Assembly (NCBI GenBank): GCA_977030845.1
Contig: OZ365112.1
Location: 27,528,001-27,592,000 of the forward strand
Origin: Fimbriosthenelais zetlandica
Lineage: Eukaryota
DNA: 64,000 nt
Reading direction: 5' to 3'
Shown: positions 63,286-64,000 of the stretch, piece after piece
Numbering within the stretch: the stretch's first letter is position 1
Layout of the letters: every line of letters starts with the position of its first letter
Position numbers and translations under genes: made by a program
Notes under the pieces: generated by a model
The model's database searches: none
Seen by the model: the letters and a program-made list of their open reading frames with translations, nothing else
What the model was told of the DNA's origin: nothing

Positions 63286-64000
63286 TAACTACACACTACT
63301 GTCCCCACCTTTATCCTATATACAGTAACTATTGTTTGCTCATCTTTATTTTCGAGCATTTCTTGGGGATTTAGTGGGGCTGAACTATACACAGATGCAC
63401 TGGGAGATGGGTTTATTTTCAAGGGATATTTCTTTCACATGAATTCCAGATTGTATGCAGATTGGTTTAGGTTTGCAGTGCAAGAAATATTTGAAACTAA
63501 AGGTGTGCAATTTATAGGTTTGGCCTTTCTGTAAAATGGTTTAGCCAAACTCGATAGAACGATATCTCTTCGACCTATAATGTATTCACATCTGGAATGC
63601 CACATATTATTTGGGGCTATATATTTTCGAAAGGGTTAGGAGACATAAATATAGCTATTGTATCAAGTCTTCATTTCATTGCTATAAATTCCATGGATTT
63701 CCAACCTCATAACATTTAAAAGTCAGGCAATTTCAATGTGTGATTAAGTTCAAGATATAAAGTTTCCATTCATGTCTTTATTACTGAAACTGCTGAAAAA
63801 TTACACCAATGCTTCTCCTACACATTTCCTAAGTTCAACAAGATTGACTGAAATAAATTTCACTCTGATTTGTCGCTAAAATTTCATGGGAAAGAAAGGT
63901 GCGAGCAACCGGACTGACAAAAGACACAAGGAAACCGTGCGGTTGGTAGGCACTTCAAAGGGCAGGTAAATGAAGGAGCATATTGTTGAAGGTTAGAACC

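Noticed and set aside
46817-64000. Second Dlx in a tail-to-tail bigene pair, or another homeobox gene
   Set aside because: No other WFQNRR-type or RKPRT-type coding segment in the ORF track or by eye.

Overview
Eukaryotic (invertebrate animal) genomic DNA that is rich in repeats and has one assembly gap (55940-56085). The only protein-coding gene I can support is a three-exon Distal-less/Dlx homeobox gene on the + strand. Its CDS is 26717-27026, 30028-30239 and 46352-46816, giving 328 aa from the first ATG, with introns of 3.0 kb and 16.1 kb. The conserved phase-0 intron falls between homeodomain residues Q44 and V45. The rest is a gene desert of microsatellites, minisatellites, non-autonomous DNA-transposon remnants (MITEs and a 1-kb foldback element) and short motif-dense islands that look like cis-regulatory modules. 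The most notable unexplained signals are: (1) an orphan CpG-rich, housekeeping-type promoter at about 11.9-12.25 kb with no coding gene attached; (2) homeodomain, Pbx/Meis, Sox, CRE and CTCF-like motif clusters around Dlx; (3) a local duplication containing a templated insert copied from about 3 kb away; (4) higher-order structure in a 30-bp minisatellite. From memory, the N-terminus (GSPDG...KSAFME) resembles lophotrochozoan Dll, but this is unverified. All motif calls and counts were made by eye. I did not find a clearly new biological system; the regulatory candidates are hypotheses.
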